DNA of 64,000 nucleotides from Octopus bimaculoides (GCF_001194135.2 NC_068988.1:44179409-44243408), one strand, 5' to 3'; shown: positions 24,708 through 38,282, counted from the stretch's first letter. Program-made: numbers and translations. The notes: generated from the sequence alone by a model not told the origin.

Positions 24708-26846
24708 AAGAGAGAGAGAGAGAGAGAAAAGAGAAAGACAGGTATACACACACACATACACATTTATATTATTACCATCAGTCATTTTTACTTTCATTAT
24801 TCTAAAGTGGCATAGGTTAGATTACTCTTTTTCAGTATAGTGTCTCCACTTGTGATCCTTTGACATCTTTTTTCTAGGTTCTAGCATTCCTGAGATTAGA
24901 CCTCACTGCATCTTTCTATAGTTGCTTGCCTGTCTTTTCTATCGGGTATACAGCTATATAAACACACATACATGCACACAAGACTCCACCACACTTACAA
25001 AAGCAGCATTGCACACAAGAATTTAACACAATAGTGGTGGTTCGTATTGGCAATTATCAGTTCAATACAAAACTAAACACGTTGATATTGCCTAAGGAAC
25101 AGAGAATTCATATATTAGATAGAATTCGTTATTCTGGCAGTTATACAAATAGTTATGCAGAGAAATACCCCACTAGACAAACAAACAGACAGGCTTACAC
25201 AGAAAAGCTATGCAGAGAGAGAAGTGTATAGTCAGCTATATAGAGAAGATATGCCGAGAGTTAGAGTTAGATAGTTTACACAGGAGACTACACGGAGAAT
25301 AACACACAAAATTATACAGGGAGACGATATACACGTCTACATCAGATATAATAGATATCTAGGCAAAGAAGTTTACACAGTCAGCTATAAAGAGAGAGAA
25401 TTAAATAGACAGTTGTACAGGGAGAATTACACATCTGATGACAATACTACATGTCGAGATACACAGAAACATTCAGTGATGAACACCACAGTCTGGCACA
25501 GAAAACCAGAAAATAGGGTGCAATGGTTCTGTGGTTGCTTAGTGTTGTTTCTTGTAATAAGTATCATAGAATACGAATATTGCTCTTTAACTGCAAGTTA
25601 TATCTGATAGATATTATGATCAAAGGTATTTGAGCAATATTTTTGGGGATATGCACAACTACAATATCCCAACGTATCCAATTGGGATACATACAACCAC
25701 AATATCCAATTCTTCGCTCTTTAAGCAATTAGGGTGTGATTTGAGGGAAATTTGGATGCTATTTCTAGCAGGTAGATCGAACACATGAGGAATGGTGGCT
25801 CATTAGTGATGGTGATGCAAATGGTGATGATGATCAGAAGATGATGGTGGCAACGGTGCTGATGATAATGATAAAGATTATGATAAAATGATGGTGATGG
25901 TGTTGTTTCACACTGAATCTTCCCTAACTGTACAGACCTATGATGAAAGCATGCCAACTATGACATCCCAGGCATCTGGTTTTGTTTGTTTTTTTTTTTC
26001 ATAGTGTATCTAGGATTACATTATCCAATGTATCCTTCCGTTTTTAAGATTTTAAGATGAATGAGATGTAAGTCAAGAAAGATTTGGTTTCACTTTCTAG
26101 CAGATCAGGCAACTATGTAGAGTTTCCTCTCAATGTTGAAGACGATGATGTGATGGTGATAACGACGGTGAATATGCTGGTAGTAATGATGAAAAAATTG
26201 ATAGTACAGATGATAGTGGAGATGATGAAGATGATAGTGCAGATGATGAAGATGATAGCAATACAGGCAGTGGCGGTGGTGAAATGATGATGATGATGAT
26301 GCGGATGATAGCAATGTGGTTCAGATGGTAATGATGATGACGACGATGATGATGCTATCAGTAACCAATCAATATGTTCCATGCTGTGTTGTTTGGCAGA
26401 GGATGTGGAATGAAGGGGATACCAGCAAAGGAATTGAAAGAATGGAAGTCTGGATTTTAAGTCTTGGCAGACTGGTATGTGTGTGTATGTGTGTGAGTGT
26501 GTGTGTATATTTGTGTACATGTGTGTGTGTGTGTGTGTGTGTGTGAAGAAGTGGGGGGGGGGAGTTGTGAGTGAATGTACTTGAAGAAATTGGATGAACT
26601 AGTGCATTCGATGACTTCTGTAGACACGTGCTTGTGTGTGTGTGCACGCACACATACACACCTCTCTCTTTCTCTCTCTCTCACTTTGATATATATATGT
26701 CATATAAAAAAACAAAAAGGCGCATGCATATTGCAGATGTGACTCAATCCAAGTGGGGTTGCCATTTTAAGGCAATATATTCAAAAAGATGCTGATTATT
26801 TAGGAGGAGAAGGATAACCTGGAAACAATTAAAGCAGCTGCATCAG

Positions 26847-26877
<31 letters not shown>

Positions 26878-27075
26878 TGCACATACATGTGTGCATATGC
26901 ATGTGTATGCAACTGAGTGCATGTGTGCATCTGGGAATTCATTTGTATACATGTATGTAAATATATATGCGTGTGTGTATCATTATCATCATCATCATCA
27001 TCATCATTTAAGGCCCGTTGTCGAAGCTGGCATGGGTTGGAGTTTGACCGGGGCTGGTAAGCTGGAAGGCTGCAG

Positions 27076-27121
<46 letters not shown>

Positions 27122-27324
27122 TACTAAAGTGTCCCTTGTCCATCATTAAGATAGTGCTTCTGTGGCTATTGAGTTGTTTTGACTCTTATTTCTAGCAATA
27201 CCGGTGCTGATTAGTGCCCTTTGTCACTTTAGTGATGTACATATTTCTGCCTTTAGGTTGTGAAATTGCGAATTAGCCACCGATATTATTTATCTCTCTC
27301 TCTCTCTTTCTACCTATATATATA

Positions 27325-27572
27325 TATAATCATAAATATATAGGGATTAGCAGTAGCCTGCTTCTCCAACATACTGAGAATTCAGAAATAGCAGCCAAAG
27401 AACTACTGATTCCAAAACTACAAATTTTTCTCTAATGGATAGCGATATCTATCGCTATCCATTAGAGAAAAATTTGTAGTTTTGGAATCAGTAGTTCTTT
27501 GGCTGCTATTTCTGAATTCTCAGTATGTTGGAGAAGCAGGCTACTGCTAATCCCTATATATTTATGATTATA
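27325..27572. repeat. Perfect 123-bp-arm palindrome abutting an N-gap
   Basis: 27325-27447 is the exact reverse complement of 27450-27572, with a 2-nt spacer (tc). Confidence 0.9.
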
Positions 27573-28879
27573 NNNNNNNNNNNNNNNNNNNNNNNNNNNN
27601 NNNNNNNNNNNNNNNNNNNNNNNNNNNNNNNNNNNNNNNNNNNNNNNNNNNNNNNNNNNNNNNNNNNNNNNNNNNNNNNNNNNNNNNNNNNNNNNNNNNN
27701 NNNNNNNNNNNNNNNNNNNNNNNNNNNNNNNNNNNNNNNNNNNNNNNNNNNNNNNNNNNNNNNNNNNNNNNNNTATATATATATATATATATATATTTAG
27801 GCAGTGCTCCAGCATGGCCACAGTCACATGACTGAAACAAGTAAAAGAATAAAAGAACACATTTATGTATTCATTCTGTTGGATCATATAGAAATGAATG
27901 TGTGTGTGTAAATATATATTGTCTTCTAAGGCTATGAATGTGTATAAATATTATATACGAAGAGTATTAATGCATGTGTATATGAGAACGTATGTATAAG
28001 TGTTTGTGGATGTATGTAACGTCATTGTATTCTGAGGATGTGAATGCTAAAATAGTGAGTACATACATATGTGTATGTGTATTTGTATACAAATGTGTAT
28101 GTGTATTTGTATTTGTATATAAATGTGTATTTGTATATAAATGTGTATGTGTATGCACATGCAATTTATTGAGAAGACTATGGCATTATCAGCCATAACA
28201 TGCCATGCCTGTTGGTTTGGCATCAGTCTAATGTGATGGGAAAAAAGGGGACAGCAGAGGTTGGGTTTCTGACAAACAAGGAGCATGGGGAGAAAGGGAT
28301 GAAGAAGCCAGGTGTGAAGTTAGCAGAAATAACAGGGAGAGCATTTCGGGGAAAGAAGAGGAAAGGAAGAGCTGTTCATATTTTCAGGTTTTCAGTTAAA
28401 TTACTCCCTAAAGGATTGTGTTAGTTCAGTTATAACTTTGCCAATCTAAGCCCTTAGCTTGGATGGCTGGTTTGATGTATGCAAGTGTGTGTGCATAAAT
28501 AAAATAGATAAATAAATAAATAGATAGCTAGATAGATAGATAGATGAGAGAGAGAGGGAGAGAGGGGGGATAAAGAGAAACAGAGAGACAGACAGATAAA
28601 TAGGCAGATAGATAGAGACAGACAGACAGATAGGACAAACATAAAATAGATAGNNNNNNNNNNNNNNNNNNNNNNNNNNNNNNNNNNNNNNNNNNNNNNN
28701 NNNNNNNNNNNNNNNNNNNNNNNNNNNNNNNNNNNNNNNNGAGGGAGGGAGGGAGGGAGAGACAGATAGATAGATAGATGAGAGAGAGAGGGAGAGAGGG
28801 GGGATAAAGAGAAACAGAGAGACAGACAGATAAATAGGCAGATAGATAGAGACAGACAGACAGATAGGACAAACATAAA

Positions 28880-28912
<33 letters not shown>

Positions 28913-31399
28913 CAGACAGATATATAGACAGACAGACAGACAGATAGCTAGATGAGAGAGAGGGGAGAGAGAGAGAGAGACAGATAGATAGCTAGATGAG
29001 GGAGAGAGGGGGGAGAGAGAGGAAGAAAGAGAAACAGACAGACAGACAGACAGACAGACAGATAAATTAAGATAGACAGACAGACAGATAGATAGATAAA
29101 ATAGACAGACAGACTAATGAACTGAAAAAGGAGGGTGGCAGTGGATAGGTAGAAAGGTAAATGGAGAATGAGATAGATATAGAGAAAAATCGAAAGACAG
29201 ATATACAGACAGTTAGAAAGGTGAAGTGTAGTGTAGTGACAGTTAGACAGACAAACAAATTTCCAGGTATCTAAGCAAAAACAGCCAGGAAAGTCAGATG
29301 GGCTAACAAACAGCTGGTTAGAGAGAGATGAACAGCCACACACAAGATAGACATCCTTCTAGATAACTACATATAGGAGCAGATAGACAGACAAGTTAGC
29401 TAGCTAGAGATATAAGCTGCCTGGCTAGATATATGTGTATACAACAGACGATGATATCACACTGGTGTGAAATGCAGCTAAACAAAAGATAGTCGGCACT
29501 ATTGTTAGAGTGGAATGATATGAACTCAAAGGTGAGAATGTGTGAACAACTGTTCGTACCTAATCTTCAGGCAATACAAGATGAGGAACAAGAAAATCTG
29601 AGCACCCAAACAGTAAGACTGGTGAATGGATAATCAAATAAGAAATTAAAAGGGTATTAAAGACTGGCAGATTAGATTAAGAGGATATGTATTCTTATGT
29701 GTGTACATGTCATCATCATCGTTGTTTAACATTCATTTTTCTATGCTTGCATGAGTTGAACGGAATTTGTCAAAGTAGATTTTCTATGGCTGGATGCCCT
29801 TCCAGTCACTGACCCTCATTTACTTCCATTTTTGCATTTATAATAAAATAAATATATACAAATTCTAAAAATAATAAAAATATATGCAAATTCTAAAAAT
29901 AATAAAAATACATATACAGTACAGTACTGTTTCTGCTTCATGAATTTTTACCTACTGTGGGGTTTTTGGAATGTAACACCCGTGACAGTCAAGGGATTAC
30001 TGTATTCTGATTGGGTAGAAAACAGCATCAGTTCTATATTTAACCATTTAGATATCAACCACCTAAAACTACCCTTGGTTCTATGATACTAACTCAATTT
30101 TAAAGTAGTCTAAATTAAATCCTGCCATCTATTTATGTTTCAAACACCAGCTTAATAATGACAAGATTCTTTTCTTTTTCTTTTTCATCTAAAACAAAGG
30201 CAGTGTTTTTCAACAGAAATAATAGTAAGAAAAGGAGCTGAATAATAGAAATAAAATAAAATTTTGCAGTGCAGAAACATTAGAATTTGAGAACCACAAT
30301 CAAAACAGAAGCAAAATGTTCAACAACTATAGAATTGCAATTTAAATTTTTTATCTGGTTGAGATTTTTATCAGCTTTCATTTAGCCAACAGAAGCCTGC
30401 CATCAATTTGGCAATTTAATAAAGTAAACATACAGTGACATATTTATGTAATGCACCATAGAGCAAATTAATTCAATCTGTATGCAAAACCATATTTAGT
30501 TTTACTGCAACTATAGAACATGTGTTCTACAGTTAAATGTAGAATACATGTTCAACAATTAATAACAATAAATGATTTATTAATCAATGAAATACTATCT
30601 GAAGACACCAGAAATTAGAGGTGAAACACTTAAGAAATTCAGAGATTAAATACAAAAATATCCTTGATTTGGTGTAGGGGTTGGGGTGGAGACAGTGATT
30701 ATGATTTTTCATCACTGTGCAGGATAGACAAGTGAATACCAACTATAGCTTTTATTTCTCTTTGTTCCTTCTTGCGTGGATCAATATAGTCCAAGGTCAT
30801 GTGGATATATTCATATACAGATTGTTAGTATCAGAGAGGACTGTAAAGGTCATGAACTTAGCTCCTCTTCTTTGACTAATTTATAACAAATACCAATATT
30901 TGCTGGAAAATATCTGGTGACTATGACTTGATAATTATGAGTGGATGACCAGTCGTAAATGAAATTGGAAACAGAAATTGATATACCAAAATTTGTAGAT
31001 GTTTACATTTGAAACCAACACTTTTACAAACTGAAACAACAATAAGAGTTACAAAACAGTCCCTTTATTTGCTGATGCAGTAGCTAAAACTCATTAATGA
31101 TGTAACAAACAACACCTTTATTAATGTGACAAACAACAAATCCCTATTGATATGATAACCAACAAACTCCTCATAGTTTTTAAAATACTTTATGATTTAA
31201 ATTTAAAGACAATATGTCCATAACAAAGAAAAGATGGTCACTACTATAAGATTCACCAACACCAATACCAGACATACCCCTAGATCAGATAAAGACATAA
31301 CACATCCAATGTTCTGAATGAATATATGGGTCTTTGTTCAAAGACTTTCAAACTGATTAATGTTTATGCATCTCAACAATAACAATTTAATCATTTGTA

Positions 31400-31745
31400 A
31401 AAGAATAAAAGATGTTCAATACAAATTGTTCACTCAAAGAGCATTGGGTGATGAGAGTTATCCATGTGATATTATCCTGAGCCAAACTGCATCGATCTTC
31501 CCAGGTGACACCCATCTCAATCAAGCCTTTCCATACAGTCCTGTACCACATCATCTTTCTCTTTCCTTTAACTGTCCATTCTATGGCTATCCTTGACAGT
31601 TTCTTCAACAGTATGTGCAATACATGGCCAAGCAGCTTCCTTCTTTTAGCTCTGATAGTGTCTAGCAGTTCACCTGGGCAGAGCTCTTCTCATGATTTCA
31701 TTGTTTGTGATGTGGTCACACCAAATGACCTTCAGGATAATTTTT
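31400..31745 (-). mobile_element. RTE LINE ORF C-terminal fragment
   Basis: ILKVIWCDHITNNEIMRRA / LLDTIRAKRRKLLGHVLH...IAIEWTVKGKRK...TVW...MGVTWEDRCSLAQDNITW matches the RTE C-terminal pattern; frameshifted. Confidence 0.85.
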
Positions 31746-32179
31746 AAGGTACCAGTGATGAAAAACATTCACTATACTGCAAATCTTGTCCATCTGACCC
31801 CTCCTCCTTGCTTCATTTGCAAACAATGCTATATGAACAACAGATGTGTACAAAGTTTAATCCCTTAGTAAGTGAACAACCATGACCATATCGATCCCAA
31901 TCATTGGAAAATTGCCACTGCTTTGCCAAGTCTAGACTCAGCATCAATTTCTGATTTTCCGCTTCTACCATTACTGCTTTGCTACGTAAACAGAATCAAC
32001 AAATTCAGTATTTTGTCCACCAAGGTTGATGGGTTTGAGTGGATTTTTGCCTAGTATAAGACTTTTGTCTTTTGGGTTGATTTTCACCTATATATAAATA
32101 TAAGACTTTTATGACAAAAAGAAAAACAAAACCTACATTATTAAAGGCCACCATAGCTTGAAATTTATCAGTCTATGAG

Positions 32180-32386
32180 CAGTATTCCTTCTATGCTGTG
32201 CATACATTTTACAACTAATGCACAAAATAAAAAATGTGCACACATGAAGTTTTCAAGATGAAATGAAATTTTTTGCACAGCAAAAGTATGAGTAATGGAT
32301 GTGCACATACTTTGCAAAAGAAGACAAAACTTGCACATTAGCAAATTTCTGTGCACACCCACTGCAAAAAATTAGAAGGAACATTG
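32180..32386. mobile_element. hAT-type MITE
   Basis: TIRs cagtattccttcta / tagaaggaacattg. The 8-bp flanks tctatgag and cctatgtg match at 6/8, consistent with a decayed TSD. Confidence 0.75.
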
Positions 32387-32454
32387 CCTATGTGCCAATA
32401 ACAGAGCTTCTGAAGGTCACTCAATCTACTAAATATAGTAGTCAAATCTTCCTC

Positions 32455-32620
32455 AAATCACACCCTATCCTCCTCTCATAAAAGAAATAAATAGAAGGAA
32501 ACATTGGATAATGTAATCCTAGATACACTATGTCAGAAAGAGGGATAGGATAAAAAAAAAACTTTTGATCAAAGGACTGTTGGATCAGGTTTGACTAGGA
32601 CAAATGAGCAACATCAACAA
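32455..32620. repeat. Interspersed repeat 'family F' (gatttggctgctatttctagc / ggataatgtagtcctagatac motifs)
   Basis: Representative copy; others near 25600-25790, 25930-26105, 44250-44380, 48150-48560, 49130-49240, 59720-59830 and 61990-62150. Confidence 0.7.
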
Positions 32621-32964
32621 CAAGCCATTCTGTTCGGACAAATGAGAGAAAACATCTTGACATCATTGTCAACAGGATCCTCAAGCTAAAAAGTGGTTAA
32701 CATCGTCATTGCTCTCATTTTTAAATCCATTTTGTCATGTCAAGTTAATAAGAGCTGCACAGATTTGCAATAAATATATCTGCTTCACTTGACATATACC
32801 TCTCTTAAAAAGCTGGATGTAAAGAGGTAAGTCTGTATGGTGTTGGTGAGCGTCAGATCAACTTTGATTAAGAAAATTTAAATTCAAAATCATTCCAGTC
32901 TTTTTTTTAGGGTTATGTCAAAAACTACAACCTGTAATATTATGTCCATTATTTATCTACAATG

Positions 32965-33347
32965 ATTGTTGTTGGCACTTCGTCGCTTATGACGACGGGG
33001 GTTCCAGTTGATCTGATCAACGGAAAAGCCTGCTCGTGAAAATTAACGTGCAAGTAGCTGAGCACTCCACAGACACGTGTACCTTTAACGTAGTTCTCGG
33101 GGATATTCAGCGTGACACAGTGTGACAAGTCTGGCCCTTTAAATTACAGGCACAACAGAAACAGGAAGTAAAAGTGAGAGAAAGTTGTGGTGAAAGAGTA
33201 CAGCAGGGTTCGCCACCATCCCCTGCCGGAGCCTTGTGGAGCTTTAGGTGTTTTCGCTCAATAAACACTCACAACGCCTGGTCTGGGAATCGAAACCGCG
33301 ATCCTATGACCACAAGTCTGCTGCCCTAACCACTAGGCCATTGCGCC
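32965..33347 (-). mobile_element. Full-length tRNA-derived SINE 'family E'
   Basis: Minus head ggcgcaatggcctagtggttagggcagc...ggtttcgattccc (A and B boxes) and an (ACA)n tail; CpGs are largely retained. Confidence 0.85.
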
Positions 33348-34414
33348 ACTATTACAATACTAGAATATGATTTGGGAGAGATTAACAGCTATTTCTCGCA
33401 TTCCAAGCTACCATGTTGTGGTCCTTCATTGGCTGTTGTGTATTTGTATGTTATGGCACAGACATAATGTATTAGAATGATTAAGAAATTCTCTTCAAAA
33501 TCATGAAGCCCCAAGTTTAATCCCACAGTGTAGCGCCCTGGGAGACTGTCTTCTCTCATAGCTTTGTGACTGAAATTAGATAAACAGAAATTGTGCGGAA
33601 ACCTGTTAAGTGAATTGGTGCTGTAATTTCAAGTACTCACTGAGTCACTTACACAATAATACAATGAAAAGATGGCTCCATTTACAGAACAATTGTGAAT
33701 ACTGATTATTGAAAGTGATGTAGCATCCGTTAGCGTGAGCATTTCATTTTGTATGCATGTGATTTGTTTGAGTTTGAGGTTTTTGAATATGCACTATGGT
33801 GGACTGTTGATCATACTGTCCAAAGATCAATCCTTATCATAGCCATTGTGCTGTACACCTAAACTAAACAAGGTACAGAAATTGAGTCCATTTACCTCAG
33901 TTTCCCTGGCTAAATGAGGCACCACTTCACCAACATGCTGCAGATGTTAGTTTCAAGCTGAACAACAACTGTGTCAATCACACCAGTCTGCAACCTGAGT
34001 TTATAAGTTCATGAACTCTGTCTCTTCTCTGACTAAGCTATTAACAAACCTACATGGTCCAGTTATTAGTGATAAAGAGGAAGGCAACGAACTGTAAAAA
34101 GGAATAACTAACAAAATACTAATGTTCAATACCATCTCCCTGAAGAGATAGAGAGAGGAAGAAAAAAAGAGCGGGAAAGGAAGAAAGGAAACTGAGAGAA
34201 GGATAAAGAGGAAAGAGAGAAAGCATCCATATCTGCATGTATCTTTTCTCTTAACACTTCAGTATTTAAACCAATCAAAATATTCTACCTGTTTTATATT
34301 TATACTGGCCAGATCTGATTTTTCACATGAACCCTACAAAATCATTCTAGAAAAATTAAGTTACCTCATCAAAATCTCACAGCTACAAGACAATACATGG
34401 TTAATTCAAAACAA

Positions 34415-35036
34415 TCTCTTTTACGCTTTTACTTGTTTCAGTCATTTGACTGCGGCCATGCTGGAGCACCACCTTTAGCCGAGAAAATCGACCCCAGGAC
34501 TTATTCTTTTTGGAAGCCTAATACTTATTCTATCGGTCTCTTTTTGCCGAACCGCTAAGTTACGGGGACCTAAACACACCAGCATCGGTTGTCAAGCGAT
34601 GGTGAGGGGACAAACACAGACACACAAACACACATACATATATGCAACGGGCTTCTTTCAGTTTCCATCTACCAAATCCACTCACAAGGCTTTGGTCGGC
34701 CCGAGGCTATAGTAGAAGACANNNNNNNNNNACCCCAGGACTTATTCTTTTTGGAAGCCTAATACTTATTCTATCGGTCTCTTTTTGCCGAACCGCTAAG
34801 TTACGGGGACCTAAACACACCAGCATCGGTTGTCAAGCGATGGTGAGGGGACAAACACAGACACACAAACACACATACATATATGCAACGGGCTTCTTTC
34901 AGTTTCCATCTACCAAATCCACTCACAAGGCTTTGGTCGGCCCGAGGCTATAGTAGAAGACACTTGCCCAAGGTGCCACGCAGTGGGACTGAACTCGGAA
35001 CCATGAGGTTGGTAAGCAAGCTACTTACCACACAGC
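34415..35036 (-). mobile_element. SINE family A inside a piggyBac-like MITE (34251-35091); contains an assembly duplication
   Basis: The MITE left half ends near 34413 and the right half resumes at 35037. 34491-34721 is repeated exactly at 34732-34962 across a 10-N gap. Confidence 0.85.
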
Positions 35037-35604
35037 CAAAAATAAATAAGCATTACTTTTGAGAGAATAATGTGAATGTTAAAGGGGTTAATGCATGTGA
35101 TATTTTCATTTTCTAAATGTGTTCTCTTCCTCTCTCTCCCATCTTTTTTCCCTCTTTTTCTAATATTTCCTCCTTTCTCACTATTTTTACGATCTTCACT
35201 CCTCTTCTTTCAACTGATAACCTACCTCACGTTCCCACTCTCTGTGAGTGTACTACTCCTCGTCTCCTCCTCCAGCAACTCACATTCTGCGTATGTGTGT
35301 AATACTTTCAACAACCCCCTCTACCATCCCATCATTATCCCTATCCCTCCTTCCAACTGTCTGTCTCCATGGATGCTACAATCTCACTATTACATCAAAT
35401 TAAATTCTTATCTCATTGATGTCATTATAAAGACATCAGGGTGGGGGGGGGGAAATAAAACTGAAATTAATAGATATACATGTGTAGGTGTGTGTGTATG
35501 TGTGTGTGTATGTGAGTGTGTACGTACAGATATACTAGTATGCAAATGTTCATGTGTATAAATGTATGTGGAAATGGTACAGTGCACATGTCTGTTAGTA
35601 TTAT

Positions 35605-36320
35605 TTTCTTTTATTTGTTTCAGTCATTTGACTGCGGCCATGCTGGAGCAACACCTTTAGTTGAACAAATCGACTCCAGGACTTATTCATTGTAAGCCCA
35701 GTACTTATCCTATCAGTCGGTTACGCTGAACTGCTAAGTTACAGGGACGTAAACACACCAGCAACAGTTGTCAAGCGATGGTGGGGGACAAACACAGACA
35801 CACAAACATATACACACACACACACACACTATATATATATCATCATCATCATCGTTTAATGTCTGCTTTCCATGCTAGCATGGGTTGGACGATTTGACTG
35901 AGGACTGGTGAAACCAGATGGCAACACCAGGCTCCAATCTGATTTGGCAGAGTTTCTACAGCTGGATGCCCTTCCTAACGCCAACCACTCAGAGAGTGTA
36001 GTGGGTGCTTTTACGTGTCACCTGCACGAAGGTCAGTCAGGCGATACTGGCAACGACCACGCTCAAAATGGTGTATTTTATGTGCCACCCGCACAAGAGC
36101 CAGTCCAGGGGCACTGGCAACGATCTCGCTCGAAAATCCTACGAAGGCCAATACGACAGGCTTCTTTCATTTTCCATCTACCAAATCCACTCACGAAGCT
36201 TTGGTTGGCCCAAAGCTATAGTAGAAGACACTTGCCCAAGGTGCTACACAGTGGAACTGAACCTGGAACCATGTGGTTGGGAAGCAAGTTACTTACCATA
36301 CAGCCACTCTTGCACCTATA
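35605..36320 (-). mobile_element. SINE family A interrupted by a family C insertion (35841-36133)
   Basis: Family A 3' half at 35605-35830 and head at 36140-36320; family C sits in the central (TA)/(CA) tract. Confidence 0.85.
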
Positions 36321-36624
36321 TGCATAACTTTTATCTTGTACTTGTTTCAGTCATGTACTAGGGTCATGCTGGGGCACTGCCTCAGAGGCTTTTAGTTGAA
36401 CAAATTGACCCAGGCACTGATACCGTTATTTTTTTCTTTCTAAGAATGATACTTATTCTATCAATCCCTTTTGCCAAATTGCCTCTAAATTACAGGGATG
36501 TAAACATACCAGCACCAGTTGTCAAGTGGTGGTGGTAGTCGAGTGACAAACGCAGACACAAAGACAAACACAAATATGCATGCATGCATACACACACACA
36601 AACACATGCATACATGCACATATA

Positions 36625-36945
36625 TATGGGAGACCCCCTTCAGTAACAAATGACCATAGGACTGAATCTAGAAAGTTCGCCTCTGAAACATAAGTCTGAG
36701 CAAGGTTGTTTATGGGAGACCAGCTGTTGCCCAAGCATACCAGTCATCCCTCTCCATGCGACCACTGTTATCAAAGGGAAAGGCAAAGTCCAATACAGCT
36801 TGGCACCAGTGATGTTGCAACTCATTACAGCTGAATAAACTGAAACAATGTGAAATAAAGTATATTGTTCAAGAACACAACACACAGCCCAGTCTGGGAA
36901 TTGAACACACAACCATGTGATTGTAAGCCCAACACTCAAGCCATT
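36625..36945 (-). mobile_element. SINE family D with tRNA-like head
   Basis: Minus head ...gagtgttgggcttacaatcacatggttgtgtgttcaattcccagac, body ggtgccaagctgtattggactttgcctttccctttgataac, tail gaagggggtctccca. Confidence 0.75.
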
Positions 36946-37143
36946 GATGCATGTGCTTTCACATTTTTCTATCCTAGCATGGCTTAGATAGGAGGTAACT
37001 GCAGCAAGATTTTTTTGGCCAGATGCTCTTCCTGTTGCCAACTCTCAATTGTTTTTCAAGTAAGGGATTTTGTATCCTAATGGTTTATATTTTTTATTAA
37101 TTGACATTTTTATGTTTCAGGCTCTATGTGTGACTGTTTAATA

Positions 37144-38202
37144 ATGCCACATATAAAAGAAGTCTTGGAACTGTCTAAATTTAAAAGAGGCCATATTGTG
37201 GGTCAATCTGAAGGTGGACTTAGCCAGCTTGGGATCCCACTTTCTACAGTGATTGTGCAATTCACCAGAGAGGGGGAGGAGTCCACAACAGGTCAACCAG
37301 GGCCCTCTGACAACCCTTCGCTTTAAGAGAAGTGTGGAAGATAATCTTCGTTGCTAGGCCTCTGACATAGCACAATAAGTTGATGTCAGTCCCAGAACAG
37401 CTGTTGGGTATCTCCACAAACTCAGCTACTGTGGCAGAGCAGCAAGAAGGAAGCCATTTCTTCAACCAGCCAATATCAAGTGGAGAAAAAATTGGGCTGG
37501 TGAGATGGTGGAGAGGCCACTAGCATTTTGGGACACTGTCATATTCTCTGATGATTCTAGAATTGTTGTATTTTCTAACAATGGTCGAGTGTGAGTTTGG
37601 AGACTCAGTGATCAAGAATTTGATGTGAAAAGATTGCAGCCAACAATGAAACATGGTGGCTATTTTGAGATGGTCTGGGGACCAATTTGGAGCAGTGGTT
37701 GATCAGAGCAAGTGGAGTGTGAGGAAAACATAAACTCAGATAAATATGTGTCAATATAGCAGAAAGGACTCCTTCAAATCTTCTCTAGTACTGAAATGAC
37801 TAAAGAAAACTCTTTATTTATGGAAAATGGGGCTCCTTATCACATGGCTAAAAAGATCCAAGATTGGTTGGAAGAGAATAGCATTAAAAACTTCCATGAC
37901 CAATCCAGTCACCAGATATGAACTCTATTGAACATCTCTGGGGCATAATGGACAGGACACATCATAGCCAAATCTTTTGAAATTACTGCAAGAAACTTGG
38001 CAAGAAATTCCTCAAGAGAATATATTCATCATCTGATCAGTAACATGCCTAATAGAGTCTTTGCATTGAAAAATGCAAAGGGCATGTCTCCTAAATATTA
38101 AATATTCACATTATAACAATTAATAAATAATGTGAATGTATAATTTCAGATTTAAATAAATTTTAAGACTATAAAGGTATCTATTTACTTCTGTCATGTC
38201 TG
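37144..38202 (+). mobile_element. Tc1-family transposon remnant (pseudogenised DD34E transposase plus right end)
   Basis: [12 protein letters not shown]...LGIPLSTV; VIFSDDS; TMKHGG; LFMENGAP (second D read as N); SPDMNSIEHLW; NMPNRVFALKNAKGMSPKY* ending at 38101. Frameshifts and stops are present. Right end ...ctgtcatgtctg|TA; no left TIR found. Confidence 0.92.
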
Positions 38203-38282
38203 TATATAATTTATAATGATGTAAAATATATGTATGTATAATATAACAAAAAACTAGAAATTTTTGGGCATTATTTATTCAT

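Noticed and set aside
25080-25450. Degenerate minisatellite-like tracts (also about 22670-22800, 31030-31170, 41100-41720)
   Set aside because: Low-complexity decay with no stable unit or coding signal.
28520-28880. Duplicated GATA/GACA block across the gap; also cttaaccccc duplicated across 59170-59179
   Set aside because: Same gap-overlap artefact pattern.
29450-29640. Short plus frame ...MNSKVRMCEQLFVPNLQAIQDEEQENLSTQT|gtaaga
   Set aside because: No pyrimidine-rich acceptor, an upstream in-frame stop and no family match.
33653-33681. Possible alternative DOCK first exon ATG...MEPSFHCII+GT|gtaagt, in phase with exon 2
   Set aside because: Only a GTAAGT hexamer and a 29-nt frame; expected by chance in a 42-kb AT-rich intron, with weak exonic donor context and no CpG-rich promoter.
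34491-34962. 231-bp exact tandem duplication
   Set aside because: The copies are identical and separated by a 10-N gap, so this is an unmerged contig overlap.
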